Below, one piece after another: positions 27,209 to 36,308 of a stretch of DNA of 64,000 nucleotides. The DNA is from a virus (lineage: Duplodnaviria > Caudoviricetes): IMG/VR virus record IMGVR_UViG_3300037440_000399, positions 1-64,000 of that record. The stretch is one strand, 5' to 3'. Under the pieces are notes generated by a model that ran no database searches, was not told where the DNA came from, and saw only the letters and a program-made list of their open reading frames with translations. Each line of letters opens with the position of its first letter. Position 1 is the stretch's first letter. A program made the position numbers and the translations under genes.

Positions 27209-27516
27209 CCCTCGCCCTCCCGCCCTCCAGTCCGGCAGCGACGTCGTTGCCCTCTAACCCAGTGGCACCCCCCCGCGTCGTTGTCGGACTCGAGGTCGCG
27301 AGCAGCCCGATAGCCCAACCCGCAGTCGCGCTCGCGGCCTCCGCTACTCAGCTCGCCGAGATCATCGACCTCGAGGAAGCCCGTTGGGAAAGGCTCGCTG
27401 AGATGGACGCCGAGAAGGACCTCGCTACGATCGAGTCCCTCATCGCGATGTGGCGCGCTCGCCCGGGTGACGTGTCGGCGCGGTGGGTGCTTCGGGCAAT
27501 TCAGGGCGCCTCATGA
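27205..27516 (+). CDS. hypothetical protein
   Basis: ATGA-coupled. Confidence 0.5.
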   Translation: MTLALPPSSPAATSLPSNPVAPPRVVVGLEVASSPIAQPAVALAASATQLAEIIDLEEARWERLAEMDAEKDLATIESLIAMWRARPGDVSARWVLRAIQGAS

Positions 27517-27929
27517 AACAGCCCACCGCGCGACAGCTCGCCTACCTACGCATCATTGCGCAGGACGTCCGCGATCGCGGTTACGGACCGTCGTTTCGCG
27601 AGCTCGGCGCGGCGCTCGGGGTCGGCTCGACCAACGGCGTCAGCGAAGTCGTCCATCGCCTGATCAAGCGCGGCTACCTCACGCGCGATCGTGGCTCGCG
27701 CACGTTGCGCGTCACGCCAGCGGGCTACGAGGCTGCTGGCGAATTGGCGCCGTGCAAGCTGCCCGTGACTGTGTTCCTGCCCGTCCGCTGCGTATGCGGC
27801 AACGACACGTTCGCGGACGACAAGCTATGCCCGGGCTGCCGCAGCGGGCGCGACGGTTTCGCGTTGACTCAGCGCGCGCCGCAGCAGGCTAGCGCGTGCT
27901 GGGGTGGCGCTGTCGAGGTGTGCTCGTGA
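27513..27929 (+). CDS. LexA-type winged-HTH DNA-binding domain plus Zn ribbon, no peptidase domain
   Basis: TARQLAYL..I...GYGPSFRELG.ALG..S.NGV...L.KRGYL.R; C-terminal CxC...CxxC. Confidence 0.8.
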   Translation: MKQPTARQLAYLRIIAQDVRDRGYGPSFRELGAALGVGSTNGVSEVVHRLIKRGYLTRDRGSRTLRVTPAGYEAAGELAPCKLPVTVFLPVRCVCGNDTFADDKLCPGCRSGRDGFALTQRAPQQASACWGGAVEVCS

Positions 27930-27975
27930 TCGCAATCGCACGAGGTGAGCCGGACGCGCGGGAAGGGGCGGGGCG

Positions 27976-28341
27976 GTGAGAGTCATCGTTTGCGGCTCGC
28001 GCACGTGGACGGATCGGGACGCGATTTGGGATCGCCTCGACAAGCTGCCGCGGCCGGTCGTGATTGTGCACGGTGATTCGCGCGGCGCCGATTCGATTGC
28101 TGACGATTGGGCGCTACGGAAGATCCATGACGAGCGCGCTGTCGGAGTGAGCGTGGAGGCCTTGCCTGCGAACTGGCGCGGCAATGGCAAGGCCGCTGGA
28201 CCGATCCGCAACAGCGAACTTGCGCGACGCGGCGCCGACCTCTGCCTCGCGTTTCGCATGCCGGGCAAGAGCAACGGCACGGACGACATGATCAAGAAAG
28301 CACGAGCTGCCGGTATTCCGGTCGAGGTGATTTTGCCATGA
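27976..28341 (+). CDS. SLOG-family protein (DUF2493/YspA-like)
   Basis: RVIVCGSR, VHGDSRGAD, GKAAGPIRN and GTDDMIKKA motifs. Confidence 0.85.
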   Translation: MRVIVCGSRTWTDRDAIWDRLDKLPRPVVIVHGDSRGADSIADDWALRKIHDERAVGVSVEALPANWRGNGKAAGPIRNSELARRGADLCLAFRMPGKSNGTDDMIKKARAAGIPVEVILP

Positions 28342-28544
28342 GCTTGACCCAACAAATCGATTCGATGCTCGAGCAAGTCGACCGCGAACTCTCAACACCG
28401 CAGGGCCTCTGCTTGGTTTGCCTAGAGCCATCAACACGCGAGTTTTGTTGCCCGGCGCATCGCCTCATGCTTTGGCGTTCGCGGCACGGGCTGACCGGGA
28501 AAGTCTGGCGGGAGTTTGGCGAGCTGGAGGACGTCTCCGAATGA
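28338..28544 (+). CDS. small Zn-binding hypothetical protein
   Basis: CLVC...CCPAH; coupled. Confidence 0.5.
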   Translation: MSLTQQIDSMLEQVDRELSTPQGLCLVCLEPSTREFCCPAHRLMLWRSRHGLTGKVWREFGELEDVSE

Positions 28545-28635
28545 TTCCGACCTGGATTGCCTGGTGCGCCTTCGCCATCGGGTTCGCTTTTGGCGGGCTC
28601 GTGGCGGCGGTCTGGATTGGGAGCGCAGGCTAGCT

Positions 28636-28947
28636 ATGGCGAAGTTTCGAAAGCGTCCTGTCGTGATCGAGGCCGTCCAACTGCGCTGGCGCAACTGGGG
28701 TGACGTTTGCTCTTTGCTCGGGGACATCATCTCTGCAGCGAACCCCGGACGCGAGGTGTGGGAAGCGAAAGACGTCTCCGACACGTGCGGCGAGACGGGG
28801 CCGTTCATCGCTCTCACGATCCCAACCCTCGAAGGGGACCACACGGCGCTGCATGGCGACTGGATCATTCGCGGCGTGAAGGGCGAGTTCTACCCGTGCA
28901 AGCCGGACATCTTCGCGGCGACGTACGAACCCGTGGACGAACCATGA
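28636..28947 (+). CDS. conserved small phage protein (KFRKRPVVIEA...GDWIIRGVKGEFYPCKPDIF family)
   Basis: Recognisable terminal motifs of a widespread phage family. Confidence 0.8.
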   Translation: MAKFRKRPVVIEAVQLRWRNWGDVCSLLGDIISAANPGREVWEAKDVSDTCGETGPFIALTIPTLEGDHTALHGDWIIRGVKGEFYPCKPDIFAATYEPVDEP

Positions 28948-29345
28948 CCGACGCTACCATCTGGACGCGCGAGGACGTGGCGGGACCGACGACACTGAGT
29001 GCAGCTGGCACGCTAATCAAACATCGCATTGGGAACGGTGCAGCTTTCGACTTTGATCACGAAGCGGCGCAGCGTAGGCCATCCTGGGTCTACTTCATCG
29101 GCGCAGGGTCGCAGGCGATCAAAATCGGCCGCGGGCGCGATGTCCCGAATCGCTTGGCGATGCTGCAGATCGGGAATCATCTCGAGCTGACGGTGTTGGC
29201 GAAGCTTTACGGCGCAGAGACCATGGAGCGCGCCTGTCATCGGCATTGCGATCGCTCTCGGATGCGTGGCGAGTGGTTCGAGCCGACGAGCAAAGTCCTC
29301 GGGCTCGTTGATTTTGTTCTGCTGCTCGCGGGGCGCTTGCCATGA
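28944..29345 (+). CDS. GIY-YIG-like T5orf172/Mug113 domain protein
   Basis: VYFIG...IKIG...RLAMLQIGN...E...H...R.RGEWF. Confidence 0.8.
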   Translation: MTDATIWTREDVAGPTTLSAAGTLIKHRIGNGAAFDFDHEAAQRRPSWVYFIGAGSQAIKIGRGRDVPNRLAMLQIGNHLELTVLAKLYGAETMERACHRHCDRSRMRGEWFEPTSKVLGLVDFVLLLAGRLP

Positions 29346-29740
29346 CCCGCCCTCGCGATCGCTCCGTCCAGCGCCTACTCGTCACGTTCGGCGAGGCTGC
29401 CGACGCATGTGGCATTGGCGAGTCGCTTTTCCGCTCCGAAGTCCTGCCGCACGTCGCCACGGTTGACGTCGGCTCGAAAACGCTCGTACACGCGGAGTCC
29501 CTCCGGCAATGGGTCGACGAGCACGCGGCTTTAGCCTCCGCCCTCCGCGAACAGCAGGCGCGTGCTGGACGGTCGTATTCACGGTCAGCAAAGGCGTCCG
29601 CCCCGAGCTCAGCACGGGAGAGCGAGACGAGTCGAAGGCTCGGGGAAAAGCTCGCGAGATATACGAAGAAGCGCTCTACGGAAAACGCCCAAGTAATCCC
29701 GCTGTCCGCCTCACGAAGGAGCTCACGGGAGCATGGCTAG
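29342..29740 (+). CDS. xis: excisionase-like winged HTH overlapping the integrase
   Basis: LLVTFGEAADACGIGESLF...LVHAESLRQWV; directly upstream of int. Confidence 0.65.
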   Translation: MTRPRDRSVQRLLVTFGEAADACGIGESLFRSEVLPHVATVDVGSKTLVHAESLRQWVDEHAALASALREQQARAGRSYSRSAKASAPSSARESETSRRLGEKLARYTKKRSTENAQVIPLSASRRSSREHG

Positions 29741-30549
29741 ACGCCCTCGCTTTGCGCCCGCGCACGCGGCAGCTGTACGAGAAGTACTCGGTGTACTGGC
29801 TCGCGCATCTGGCGCTGCTCGAGGAGCACGCGATCGCGTTGTACTTTCGGCGCCGACTGAAAGAGGTTCGCGGCAAGTCGGCGCGATCAGAGCTCTCGGC
29901 GTTGCGTGGACTGCTGTCTTGGCTCGTCGAGACGCGCGAGCTCGAGCAGGTGCCGGCGCTGCCGAAGATCACAAGCGCGCAGCTCGGCACACCGTACAAG
30001 GACCGGCGGCGCGTTGCGGCTCCGGAGTACACACGCGCCGAGATTCGCCGGGTCATCGCCAAGCTACCCGACAAGAGCCCGTCCGGGTTCTGGGTGCGAC
30101 CGCGCTGCGAATTCCTCTACCTCACGAGCCTGCGCCCCACGACCGTGGACGCGCTGTCCGTCCCGGAGCATTGGTCCCGCGGCTCGCGCTCACTGAACGT
30201 GACGGACGAGGTGGACAAGGAAGGTTTCGCTCGCGACCTGCCGCTGCCACGCAAGGCGCTGGCCATCCTGATGCGCTGCGCGCCTGCCAAGGGCCCGATC
30301 TTTGGCGAGCACCGCTACGACCCCTTCGTCCACGAAGCGGCCAGCAAGGCCCTGCCGGCGGCCAAGGCGCGGGTGTTTACGAGCCAGCATCTCCGCTCGG
30401 CTCGCGGGACCCATCTGCTCGACGCTGGAGCTTCTCTTCCTGGCGTCCAGTTCCTTATGGGCCACAAGAGCGTGGCCACGACGGCCCGGTACATTCGCCC
30501 CTCGAAACGGGCGGCCCAGGCGGCGCTGCGGAAGGTTCGCGGGGAATAG
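29509..30549 (+). CDS. int: tyrosine recombinase / integrase
   Basis: Catalytic set: LTSLR, K, HLRS (HxxR), MGH and TTARY. Confidence 0.92.
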   Translation: MGRRARGFSLRPPRTAGACWTVVFTVSKGVRPELSTGERDESKARGKAREIYEEALYGKRPSNPAVRLTKELTGAWLDALALRPRTRQLYEKYSVYWLAHLALLEEHAIALYFRRRLKEVRGKSARSELSALRGLLSWLVETRELEQVPALPKITSAQLGTPYKDRRRVAAPEYTRAEIRRVIAKLPDKSPSGFWVRPRCEFLYLTSLRPTTVDALSVPEHWSRGSRSLNVTDEVDKEGFARDLPLPRKALAILMRCAPAKGPIFGEHRYDPFVHEAASKALPAAKARVFTSQHLRSARGTHLLDAGASLPGVQFLMGHKSVATTARYIRPSKRAAQAALRKVRGE

Positions 30550-30593
30550 CGAGGGACGAAGTCTCGCGCGCGCGGTTTTCTTCGAGGTTTCTG

Positions 30594-30615
30594 GGCTCCA
30601 GCGGTAGGACTCGAA
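30594..30615 (-). other. putative attP core matching the 3' end of a tRNA-Asn
   Basis: The minus strand reads TTCGAGT-CCTAC-CGCTGGA-G-CC: T-loop, T-stem 3' strand, acceptor 3' strand, discriminator G. It lies 45 nt after the int stop. Confidence 0.75.
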
Positions 30616-31051
30616 GGTACTACGGGGCGCCCCGGGGAGCGGAAAACGTCGAAGTTTTGGGGACTGCTACCCCGGAGCAACCCGCCCCCGCTGCCGCTGG
30701 CGTGGATTTCGAGGGACGCACTAAGCGGCGGTTTACGAAAGCGCCGCTTAGTTCAAGCGAAACCGCTGCGTTGAATGACGGCGTGTTCCCGGATGGGAAC
30801 GAAGATTCACCGGACAATTCGCAAGTCCACGGAGCGCACACGTCGCTTAGGCCTGGCGGTAGCTCGCCAGGATCGCGCGTGCCGGCCGAGGGGGAAGCGA
30901 CGGGGAAGCTAGGCGGCGATTCGGCCGCCAGTCATGCGACCCCGCCCCCTCGGGGTGATTCCGCCCGCACCCGCGTCTTCCGTTCGATGTCCTGGCGGTG
31001 GTTCCAGCGACGGGCGGCAGCGCAACCCGAGCCGACGACGGGGACGCGGTA

Positions 31052-31324
31052 ATGGCTTCCTGCCCCTACTGCGGCCGGTCGTGCTCGTGCGCGAGCAACC
31101 ACGGCGGCTTTGCGTTGCCTGCAAACTACGCCCGCGACTGGGCCGAAGCGGAGCTCAAGGCGGAGCTGGCTCGATTTCTCGCCACCTACGAGCTCCGTGC
31201 CGCAGACAAGGCGGCCGCTCAACGGGCAGAAGCTCTCGCACGCAAGCGGCCGCCGTCGCTGACCGAGCGCGTGGCACAACGCAACCGCGTTTGCTCGATG
31301 GCGGAAGCTTGGAGGGTCGCCTGA
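31052..31324 (+). CDS. hypothetical protein with N-terminal Cys cluster
   Basis: CPYCGRSCSC; coupled to the next gene. Confidence 0.5.
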   Translation: MASCPYCGRSCSCASNHGGFALPANYARDWAEAELKAELARFLATYELRAADKAAAQRAEALARKRPPSLTERVAQRNRVCSMAEAWRVA

Positions 31325-31421
31325 TGCACTGGCCCAGCTTCGCTGCCGGCGCCGCGACCTTTGCCCTCGCCGTGCTGGCCTTCGAGCTCGCGTGCTGGGC
31401 TGGCTCGCGATGGAGGAAGCT

Positions 31422-31769
31422 GTGAGCGACGCAGTTTTGGACGCGCTCGCGAAGGGCAAGGCGCGGCTCAAGCGCGGATGGTGCAAGGGTCACCTTGCGG
31501 AAGATGCACGCGGTCTACTGACGTTTTCGGAATCAGACGCGATTGCTTGGTGTGCAGTGGGCGCCATTCGTGAGGACATGTTGTCGATAGGTCAATACAA
31601 CGACGTACGCAGATACATGGGCACAGTGGCTGAAGCGCTCGGCTACCACGGAGACCTACGTGTAGCCGCCTTCAACGACGACCCGGCCACCGAACTGCGC
31701 CACGTCCTCGGACTCTACGACTGGGCCGCCGAGCTACGCCGCCTCGACTTGGCAAAGGAGCGACCATGA
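31422..31769 (+). CDS. DUF6197-like protein
   Basis: GWCKG...WCAVGAI...FNDDP pattern. Confidence 0.6.
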   Translation: MSDAVLDALAKGKARLKRGWCKGHLAEDARGLLTFSESDAIAWCAVGAIREDMLSIGQYNDVRRYMGTVAEALGYHGDLRVAAFNDDPATELRHVLGLYDWAAELRRLDLAKERP

Positions 31770-31954
31770 CCGCGCCTACCTGGCCTTGCCGCTACTGCGG
31801 CGGCAGCCATCTCGAGAGCACCACGGAATGCCCCGCGCTCGCTTTCGACGCTGCGCGGTTCATTGCTGCGTCGCGGACGCTGCTACCGACGCACGAGGAC
31901 CGCGCGAGGCTGAAGCGGGCGCGGGTTGCGGTTGCGAGGGAGGCGAAGCCATGA
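31766..31954 (+). CDS. hypothetical protein
   Basis: CRYCGGSH; ATGA-coupled. Confidence 0.45.
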   Translation: MTAPTWPCRYCGGSHLESTTECPALAFDAARFIAASRTLLPTHEDRARLKRARVAVAREAKP

Positions 31955-32166
31955 CCGCCAAGCCGAAGCCATCGCTACCCAGCCCGTTCGCGTGCTCGTT
32001 TTGCGGCCGCTGCGAGCCGGAAGTCACGCTGATACAGGGACCGGCGGTCCAAATCTGCGACGGCTGCGTTTGCGACTGCGTGCGGATTCTCGTTGTCGAT
32101 TTGCGGCGGCGGCGGGTCGCGAGGCCGGCGGGGAAGACGCGGCGGGCGGGGAAGGCTCGCAAATGA
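31951..32166 (+). CDS. stand-alone ClpX C4-type zinc-finger protein
   Basis: CSFCGR....VTLIQGPAVQICDGCV matches the ClpX zinc-binding-domain pattern. Confidence 0.8.
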   Translation: MTAKPKPSLPSPFACSFCGRCEPEVTLIQGPAVQICDGCVCDCVRILVVDLRRRRVARPAGKTRRAGKARK

Positions 32167-32335
32167 AGCGCTCGCCCTTCTCCCCCGCGTACCAGCGCGT
32201 CCGCAATGGCCAGTGGTGCGCGGCGTTTCTCGCGGGCACGAGCATCCAGCAGATTGCGTGCTGGGCGGTAGTCAGCAAGGGCGAAGTGGAGGCCGCCATT
32301 CGCCGCGGGCTTAAGCGGCGGGCGAGGGGGCGAGG

Positions 32336-34036
32336 ATGAGCATCGAGGATGTCTTATCAGGCGCGGCGCGCTGGCACGTGGAGTGCGGCGATTGCCTCGA
32401 TGTGCTGCGCGCGATGCCGGACGCGTCGGTGGACGCCGTCGTGACCGATCCGCCCTACGGCCTGCACTTCATGGGCAAAGCGTGGGATCGCTTCACGATT
32501 GATCGACAGACCGCAACGAAAAGGCGCCGATCGAAGAGTCCGCCCGTGGGCAGCGGCGACATGCACTCGGCTGCGCAGACGGCGGGCGAGTACGACTTTC
32601 GACGCAACCCGGAGTTTTGCGAGTTCATGCGGCTTGTCGGCGCCGAGCTCCTACGCGTCGCGAAGCCCGGCGCTCATCTCGTGATGTTCGGTGGGCAGCG
32701 TACGCATCATTGGGCATGGGCCGGCGTCGAGCTCGCCGGCTGGGAAATCCGCGACACGCTCTCATGGATATTCGGTAGCGGATTTCCCAAAAGTCTCAAC
32801 ATCAGCAAAGCCATCGACTCCGCCGACGGCCTGACCGACCAGCGCGAGATCGTCCACAGCTACACCGCTGGCGGCAACGCAGGAACGCCGACGCGTGAGA
32901 AAGGCGGGACATACGTCACCGGTGCGCCGAACAGTGCGCCCGTCGAGCTCCACGTAACGCGCGGCGCGTCGGATCGGTCGCAGGCATGGGACGGATGGGG
33001 CTCTGCTCTGAAACCCGCACATGAGCCGATCTGCCTCGCGCGAAAGCCTCTCGGTCAGACCGTCGCTGCCAACGTCCTCCAGCACGGCACGGGCGGCCTA
33101 AACATCGACGCATGCCGCGTCGCGACCGATTGGAACGAGCCCGACAGGCCCGAGAGCTGGAAACGCAGCGGGCACACGGCGAACGCTGATGCGGAGAAAA
33201 TCGCCGCGCCGCCGGGCAACGGAATCGAGTGCCACCCGGGCGGACGCTGGCCGGCGAATGTGATCTTGGGACACAGCGAATCGTGTCGGGTGGTCGGCGA
33301 GGGCCGCGTCCTGGGATCCAATTTCCAAGGCCATCCCGAGGGTCACAAGAACCAGGTCTATGGGAAGGATCTCCGCCCACGCGCGCCATCTGGCTACGCC
33401 GACGCCGACGGCCTCGAAACCGTCCCCGTCTACGACTGCGCCCACGACTGCCCGGTGCGGTTGCTCTCGGAGCAAAGCGGGGAGCTAACGAGCGGCGGAC
33501 GCTCTGGTGTCGTCGATACGATCGGATATGGCGGCCGAGGACAGCCGTTCGCCGCGCAAACCATCGAGCCAAGTTCCGGCACCGCCGCGCGCTTTTTCAA
33601 TCAGTTCGAGCTCGACGAGAAGCTCGACGCACCGTTCTTTTATTGCGCGAAGGCGGCGACCGCGGAGCGCGAGGACGGCCTTGCTCGCCTGCCGACGCGT
33701 ACGGCTGGCGAGCTCACGTCACGCAAGAACGGCACCGATGGACTGAAGTCGCCGCGCGCGGGCGCAGGTCGCACAAGCAGCGGGCGACGCAATTCGCACC
33801 CCACGGTCAAGCCCGTAGCTTTGATGCGCTGGCTTGTACGTCTCGTTACACCACCCGGCGGCGTCGTGCTCGATCCGTTCGCGGGTAGTTTCACGACGGG
33901 CGTCGCGTGTTGGCTCGAAGACTTCCGCGTCATCGGCATCGAACGCGAAGCGGAGTACGTGGACATCGGGCGTGCTCGCGTCGCGCATGCGCAGCGCCTC
34001 GGTCGACAACAGGCGCTTTTCGAGGCTGCCCAATGA
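32336..34036 (+). CDS. DNA methyltransferase (N6/N4, beta class, large insertion)
   Basis: VTDPPYG, WIFGSGFPKS, LKPAHEPI, HPTVKP and LDPFAGSFTTG motifs. Confidence 0.93.
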   Translation: MSIEDVLSGAARWHVECGDCLDVLRAMPDASVDAVVTDPPYGLHFMGKAWDRFTIDRQTATKRRRSKSPPVGSGDMHSAAQTAGEYDFRRNPEFCEFMRLVGAELLRVAKPGAHLVMFGGQRTHHWAWAGVELAGWEIRDTLSWIFGSGFPKSLNISKAIDSADGLTDQREIVHSYTAGGNAGTPTREKGGTYVTGAPNSAPVELHVTRGASDRSQAWDGWGSALKPAHEPICLARKPLGQTVAANVLQHGTGGLNIDACRVATDWNEPDRPESWKRSGHTANADAEKIAAPPGNGIECHPGGRWPANVILGHSESCRVVGEGRVLGSNFQGHPEGHKNQVYGKDLRPRAPSGYADADGLETVPVYDCAHDCPVRLLSEQSGELTSGGRSGVVDTIGYGGRGQPFAAQTIEPSSGTAARFFNQFELDEKLDAPFFYCAKAATAEREDGLARLPTRTAGELTSRKNGTDGLKSPRAGAGRTSSGRRNSHPTVKPVALMRWLVRLVTPPGGVVLDPFAGSFTTGVACWLEDFRVIGIEREAEYVDIGRARVAHAQRLGRQQALFEAAQ

Positions 34037-34599
34037 CTGACACCATCGCCCCCAACCCGCCGAACGCGGCGACAACTCACGCGCGCCCTCCTCTGCGTTT
34101 CAGCGTCGATGATGCCGACCGCGCCGGAGAGGAGTGGCGGTTCAGTTGCGGCCCAGCGTCCATCTGTGCCGTGCTCGGGCTCACGCCCGACGAGGTCCGT
34201 CCGCACATGCAGGACTTTGAGCAGAAGGGGTACACGAATCCCACTTTGATGTGGGCCGCGCTGCGCAGTCTCGGTGCGAAGTGGCGAGTAACCGCGTCGG
34301 GAAAGAGCGAGCCGTTTTACCCGACGCCGGATCCGTGGCCGCGCTACGGACTCGCGCGTGTGCAGTGGGCGGGACCGTGGACGCAGCCTGGCGTACCGAT
34401 GGCGGCGCGTTATCGACACACGCATTGGGTCGCGGCTGACGACAACATGGTTTTCGACGTCAACGCCACATGCGTTGGCGGTTGGATTTCACGCGAGGAG
34501 TGGGCGGCGCAACTCGTGCCGTGGCTACTGCGCGAGTGTGAGCCGAAGGCAGACGGGCGATGGTGGCTCACGCACGCCGTGGAGGTCTCTCGTGGATAG
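34033..34599 (+). CDS. C39-like cysteine peptidase fold protein
   Basis: FSCGPASI (Cys), THWV (His) and VFD (Asp) spacing. Confidence 0.5.
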   Translation: MTDTIAPNPPNAATTHARPPLRFSVDDADRAGEEWRFSCGPASICAVLGLTPDEVRPHMQDFEQKGYTNPTLMWAALRSLGAKWRVTASGKSEPFYPTPDPWPRYGLARVQWAGPWTQPGVPMAARYRHTHWVAADDNMVFDVNATCVGGWISREEWAAQLVPWLLRECEPKADGRWWLTHAVEVSRG

Positions 34600-35677
34600 T
34601 ATTGTCGCCTCTCACCCGCCCCGCGACGGCCGCGACTCGATCGACTGGGCGCCGCTGCTGCACGGAGCCATCGCGCGGGTGGCAAAGAGTCGCGGCGTAA
34701 CGCCCGAGGACATCGCGCTCTGTATTTGCTTGGGCATCGACGCCTTACCTGACAGGGCCGAGGACATTCGTTTTTACGCCGACCAGTGGCGCAAGGGAAA
34801 CCGATGAGACCCAAGTCAGCCGGCGCATCGCCGTTCACTCGCAGCTGGAAGACGACGCAACACGAGAAGGATCCGGAGAAGGATCCGACGCAGCGCTACG
34901 TGGTGGAAGAGTTCACGGGGCCGATGTCGTGGAAGAAACACGGCACGACCGCGACGCTCGTTCAAGCCAAACGGATGGCGGAACGCATCGGTGGCATCGT
35001 CCGGGCGCGCGCGGCGCGCAGCAACGAGGTCGTGTGCACGTGGCAGGAGGGCCGGCGGTCCAATGGCTAGAGCAATCCCCCTCAGCTCACCGACCGGACT
35101 CGTATACGCCTACGCATGTGGCGTCTGTCACAACGTGCGCTGCTCGGAGACGCTAGGCGAACGCGACGCGCCGGAACCTGACATCGCCGAGAGCAGCCGT
35201 ATCAACGCGGAGGGGTGCTGCCGGTGCCAGCGTTGCAAAACGGAATACCGCGGGGCGCTGTTTGCGCGCGTTTGCCCGTCCTGCAGGCCGGCGCAGGACG
35301 CGGAAGATGAGGAGCGACGCGAGCGGTGGCGGATCGAAGCGGATGCGCGCGAGGAGCACCGTAATCAGTCCTTAGCCTCGGCGCTCGACTCGAATGCGGC
35401 CTGCTGTTTGCAAATCGTGATGAGCGACATCAGTGAGCGTTATTCCTGCGCGGGCTGGCTCGACACTCTCGAGTACGACCTGTGGGCAATGCTCCAGGGC
35501 ACCAATCGAAGCTTTAGCATGGGCGAAGTGAGCGACACGGAAATAGAAACGCTGCGACGCTTGCACGAGGCGTGTGGCGGCTGGTGGTTTTGGCACCGTG
35601 GGTACGGTGCGACGTTCATTCCGACTGCGGCGTGGTTGGATATGTATGGGGCCAAGCAAGCGGAGCATGAGGGATGA
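34592..35677 (+). other. three coupled hypothetical genes (34592-34807, 34804-35070, 35063-35677)
   Basis: Start/stop overlaps; the last gene has several CxxC pairs. Confidence 0.5.
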
Positions 35678-36027
35678 GTAGCGCGCCTATCCGCTGGGTC
35701 CTGCCCATCGCTCTTTGCCCGTTGCAAAACCCGCTGCTCCGGATGCATTGGACCAAGCGCAAGAAGCTTGAGGGGCTCATCGCAACGCACCTGCTGTGGG
35801 GCAGACACCGCGTGCAGTGTCCGCCGCCCGGACGCCCAACGGTGACGATCACGCGCCGGAGTCAGGCGCCTTGCGATCCCGATTCGGGCCACGGGGCGAA
35901 GCTCGTGCTCGACGCCATGAAGCGCCTCGGTTTCATCCGCGACGACTCGGACGCGGCGATCGAGCTTGTGTGCAAGTGGGAACGCAAGCGCGGCAAGGGC
36001 GAGGTTGTTGTGGAGTTGATGACATGA
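35674..36027 (+). CDS. RusA-like Holliday junction resolvase
   Basis: NPLLRMHW...DPDS...KLVLDAM...GFIRDDS motif arrangement. Confidence 0.7.
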   Translation: MSSAPIRWVLPIALCPLQNPLLRMHWTKRKKLEGLIATHLLWGRHRVQCPPPGRPTVTITRRSQAPCDPDSGHGAKLVLDAMKRLGFIRDDSDAAIELVCKWERKRGKGEVVVELMT

Positions 36028-36308
36028 GCAAACCAGTCGAGCGGTACTACCGGATCGGCGAAGTCGCGGCGTTGCTCGGTGAAACTCAGCACACGTTGCG
36101 CTACTGGGAGGATGCGTTTTCCTGGTGGGTCCGCCCGACGCGGACGGCAAAGGGCCAGCGCGTTTACTCGGCTCGGCACGTGGCTGCGCTGGCGGTCGTC
36201 AAGCGCCTGACTCGTGTCGAGGGACTCACGCTGCGTGGGGCGCGTCGGGTGATGCTGGGGCGAAGCGAATTCTTCGAGAATCGAACCATGGGAGACCAGT
36301 TGCAATGA
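36024..36308 (+). CDS. MerR-family HTH regulator
   Basis: YRIGEVAALLG...TLRYWE...RTAKGQRVYS...EGLTLRGAR. Confidence 0.88.
   Translation: MSKPVERYYRIGEVAALLGETQHTLRYWEDAFSWWVRPTRTAKGQRVYSARHVAALAVVKRLTRVEGLTLRGARRVMLGRSEFFENRTMGDQLQ

Noticed and set aside
28636-28947. Naming this gene as a specific anti-CBASS/anti-Thoeris protein
   Set aside because: I cannot verify family membership without an HMM search, so no symbol was assigned.
30594-30615. tRNA gene
   Set aside because: Only the T-loop to acceptor 3' strand is present, with no D or anticodon arm upstream on the minus strand, so it is treated as an attP core.
29733-31052. 439-aa + ORF overlapping int and attP
   Set aside because: Mostly an alternative frame of int with Arg/Ala/Gly-rich composition, and it would be split by integration. 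A short real gene at its 3' end cannot be excluded.
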